NCBI GenBank assembly: GCA_963924565.1
Contig: OZ004608.1
Span: 13,330,001-13,394,000 of the forward strand
From: Ascidiella aspersa
Lineage: Eukaryota
Reading direction: 5' to 3'
Length of the DNA: 64,000 nt
A program made the position numbers and the translations under genes. The notes below the pieces were generated by a model that was given only the letters and a program-made list of their open reading frames with translations, ran no database searches and had not been told where the DNA came from. How positions within the stretch are numbered: position 1 is the stretch's first letter; each line of letters begins with the position of its first letter. Of the stretch, positions 61,642 to 64,000 are shown one piece after another.

Positions 61642-63749
61642 CTGTAAGAAATTATAAGCTTTAACATTAGATGGAATCTATGGCATTCACAAATTATTGA
61701 ATGCATTCATGAGCTACATAGCCTGCTTGAAGTGTGGCAGATCAAAACAAAAACTTTTTGTCTGGCTATTGATGCGGGAATCACCATTCTGTTAATGAGA
61801 GATTTAAAAAAAAATAGGACTACTCGGCTACAGTCAGTCTGCACTTTTCAATACCTTATACCAAATTTTTGTGTTTGCAGCCCCAACTCTTTAGGTGTGC
61901 AATCCGGATTTATGCAAACCAGTTTTTGAAAAAACTCCTTTTTTAAATATTTATTTTTGCAAACAAATTAAAAACATATTAGGTTGTGGCAGAATACATA
62001 CTGGGACAACATAATGCACTAATATTTAATAAAAAATCCAGCTAATTGCTTTAAAAATCGTATTTAATTAATTAATTTAACAAGCGTTAACTATTTTTTA
62101 CATAATGTTTTAGCATATATTTCTGGGACAAAGTTTTTGAAATTCTAAATAATTCTTACTTACCCATTACGAAGATTTATCTATATGTAATAATCACATT
62201 TATTTTTGGAAAAGAAGAACAAATTTGTTTACAATTCAAAGTATTATTAACGGGTAACTAATCATAAAACACTTCGTCAGACTTTGTTATGATGGCACTA
62301 TAGAAGTCACATGTGATACAGCATGTTAGCCATTTTGTGTCTACGTTGCTCTATGAAGTTTATGTGGATTATTATTATTGATCTCTATTACCGATTTGAA
62401 CATTTTTCCTGACTCCGATAAATCGAAACTGAGCAAAACTGCCACGGCATTTCGGAAGGAACACACAATAAGACCTAAAAAGTAACAATACCTAAGCAGA
62501 AAAATCTATAAAACCGTAGTATAGGACCAACGACATAATAAAGCCAAATACGCAGTAATATCCAGTGGCCAACAGAATAAGATTGAAAGCGCCTAAATAA
62601 AGCCTAAATCTGCAGGAATTGGTCCTAAATTTATCCGAACAAGGCCTAAATGGCCAGTTTATATTTTGATACCAAATACTGAGCTTGTAATTCCTTTGAC
62701 TTAATTGCCTATGCAATTGTAGAGGACCCAGCGTCTGTATTTGTGATTTACTGTGTGTTCGTTTTTTTTAAGCCCTGCTAAAGTCGTTCTGGCGTATTTC
62801 CTTATCCCTGCATCCTGTTCGTTAACTGATCAGTTTTAATCCTCAACGCATTCGCTTTAACTGCAATGTTACTCGTATCCTTTCTACTGCAAAACAGTCA
62901 ACGATGCACTCCTTACTGGCAACACGTGTTTTTACTGCACTGTAAGCCATTTTATTGAAAGCGAACTATGCTGAATTAAGTGAATGTACAATAAATCTAT
63001 AAGCGACCTGACAGTATGCACTTTGAAATGCTACGACAGTTTGTTTAGTTTCGATTTAGTGGAGTTCAGATAGTACGGTGGTCATGTCTTCCCTGTTGAA
63101 ATATACACAATCAACGAGTTGTAAGTTGTCTCAGCTTGACCTGAAAGGGCAGTAATTAACTTCGTCAGCTGGGATTTCGTAACAATGTTGGCTTTGGACT
63201 GTTTAATTCAACCCTAAATGCACAAATTATTAAAATGCAACGACAATATAATTTTAACAAACTAGGGGAAGTGCGGGACCCATGGAACGCTGGCATATTG
63301 CGCTCCCTGTTGGCGGAACTAAATAAAATTTTGGTTGCGGGAATGAGATTTTGTAAACAGAACTTTGGCCAAAAAGTTCTACAGCGTGCTTTTGGAAATG
63401 ATTGATTTATTTCAATTTTTCACTTTCCTAGGTGAAAAATGTAGGCTACTTTTTGGCTGGATATTCGTAAGGTGTTTTGATAGACTTTAGGTAATTGTAA
63501 GGCAGTGAATACTTTTTTTGTGAAGAGATAGGATATCTAGGTAGATGTTGAAAGTTAGTTTGTTTAATTTGGTTCAGAGTACTGGCTAGCCATGAGTGTT
63601 TTTATTAAAAATGGCGATTAGAGGACCTTTGGAACAGTCTGTTCCATTGGTCTCTCGATCACTTTGTGATCATATTCTTATATTTTAAGGATATTAGTAT
63701 GCCAACTTTTAAGACAAGAACATCTAATAAGGGGTTGTTCACTGATGGT

Positions 63750-64000
63750 CAGGGCTGCGGACAGTGGCGTAGCCAGCCGAAAATTTTTGGGGGGGGGGCC
63801 AAAAAGTTGGAATTTTTTTTTTAGCTTTTGTCATTGTATTAACTGCCGTAACGAACACAAATAACAATGCTAGCAGACCGTTTCGAGCAGCAACTGACTT
63901 AGTGTTAACGCAATACTCAAAAAATAGTCAAAGAGGAAAAACTATCTAAAAGTAGTAAAAGTACATTAATGTATAGTAAATGTTATATTAACTACATCGT
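63750..64000. mobile_element. Left ends of two nested hAT-like MITEs, truncated by the window edge
   Basis: CAGGGCTGCGGA (terminus of the 18328 family) is immediately followed by CAGTGGCGTAGCCAG...poly-G (like the 44417 family). Confidence 0.65.

Noticed and set aside
62700-63230. Additional upstream USP19 exons or another gene
   Set aside because: The frames I tested after candidate acceptors hit stops quickly and showed no recognisable similarity. It may be transposon debris.

Overview
Intron-rich, AT-rich animal genomic DNA, probably an ascidian tunicate. The taxon is inferred from compact introns, divergent chordate-type proteins and a match to the Ciona-type spliced leader. Four protein-coding genes were rebuilt by hand from splice sites and reading-frame phases: the 3' part of RRP5/PDCD11 (+, 241-18752), FAM136A (-, 21664-23758), an EGR zinc-finger immediate-early gene (+, 24883-28634) head-to-head with FAM136A, and USP19 (-, 42426 to at least 61641). 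Introns carry many non-autonomous DNA transposons (hAT-like with 8-bp TSDs, several nested; one PIF/Harbinger-like), tRNA-derived SINEs and LINE 3' ends. The most notable observations are: (1) two copies of a small element carrying a minimal Penelope-type hammerhead ribozyme, intact where antisense to its host gene and core-mutated where sense; (2) an exact 16-nt ascidian spliced-leader match joined to a LINE-like 3' end; (3) paired loss of two Cys in the first twin-CX3C motif of FAM136A; (4) two GC-AG introns in RRP5; (5) sharp CpG-poor/CpG-rich switches inside genes; (6) CpG-rich non-coding islands with CRE/CArG/MEF2/ETS motifs around EGR. All calls were made by eye, and homologue sequences are quoted from memory.
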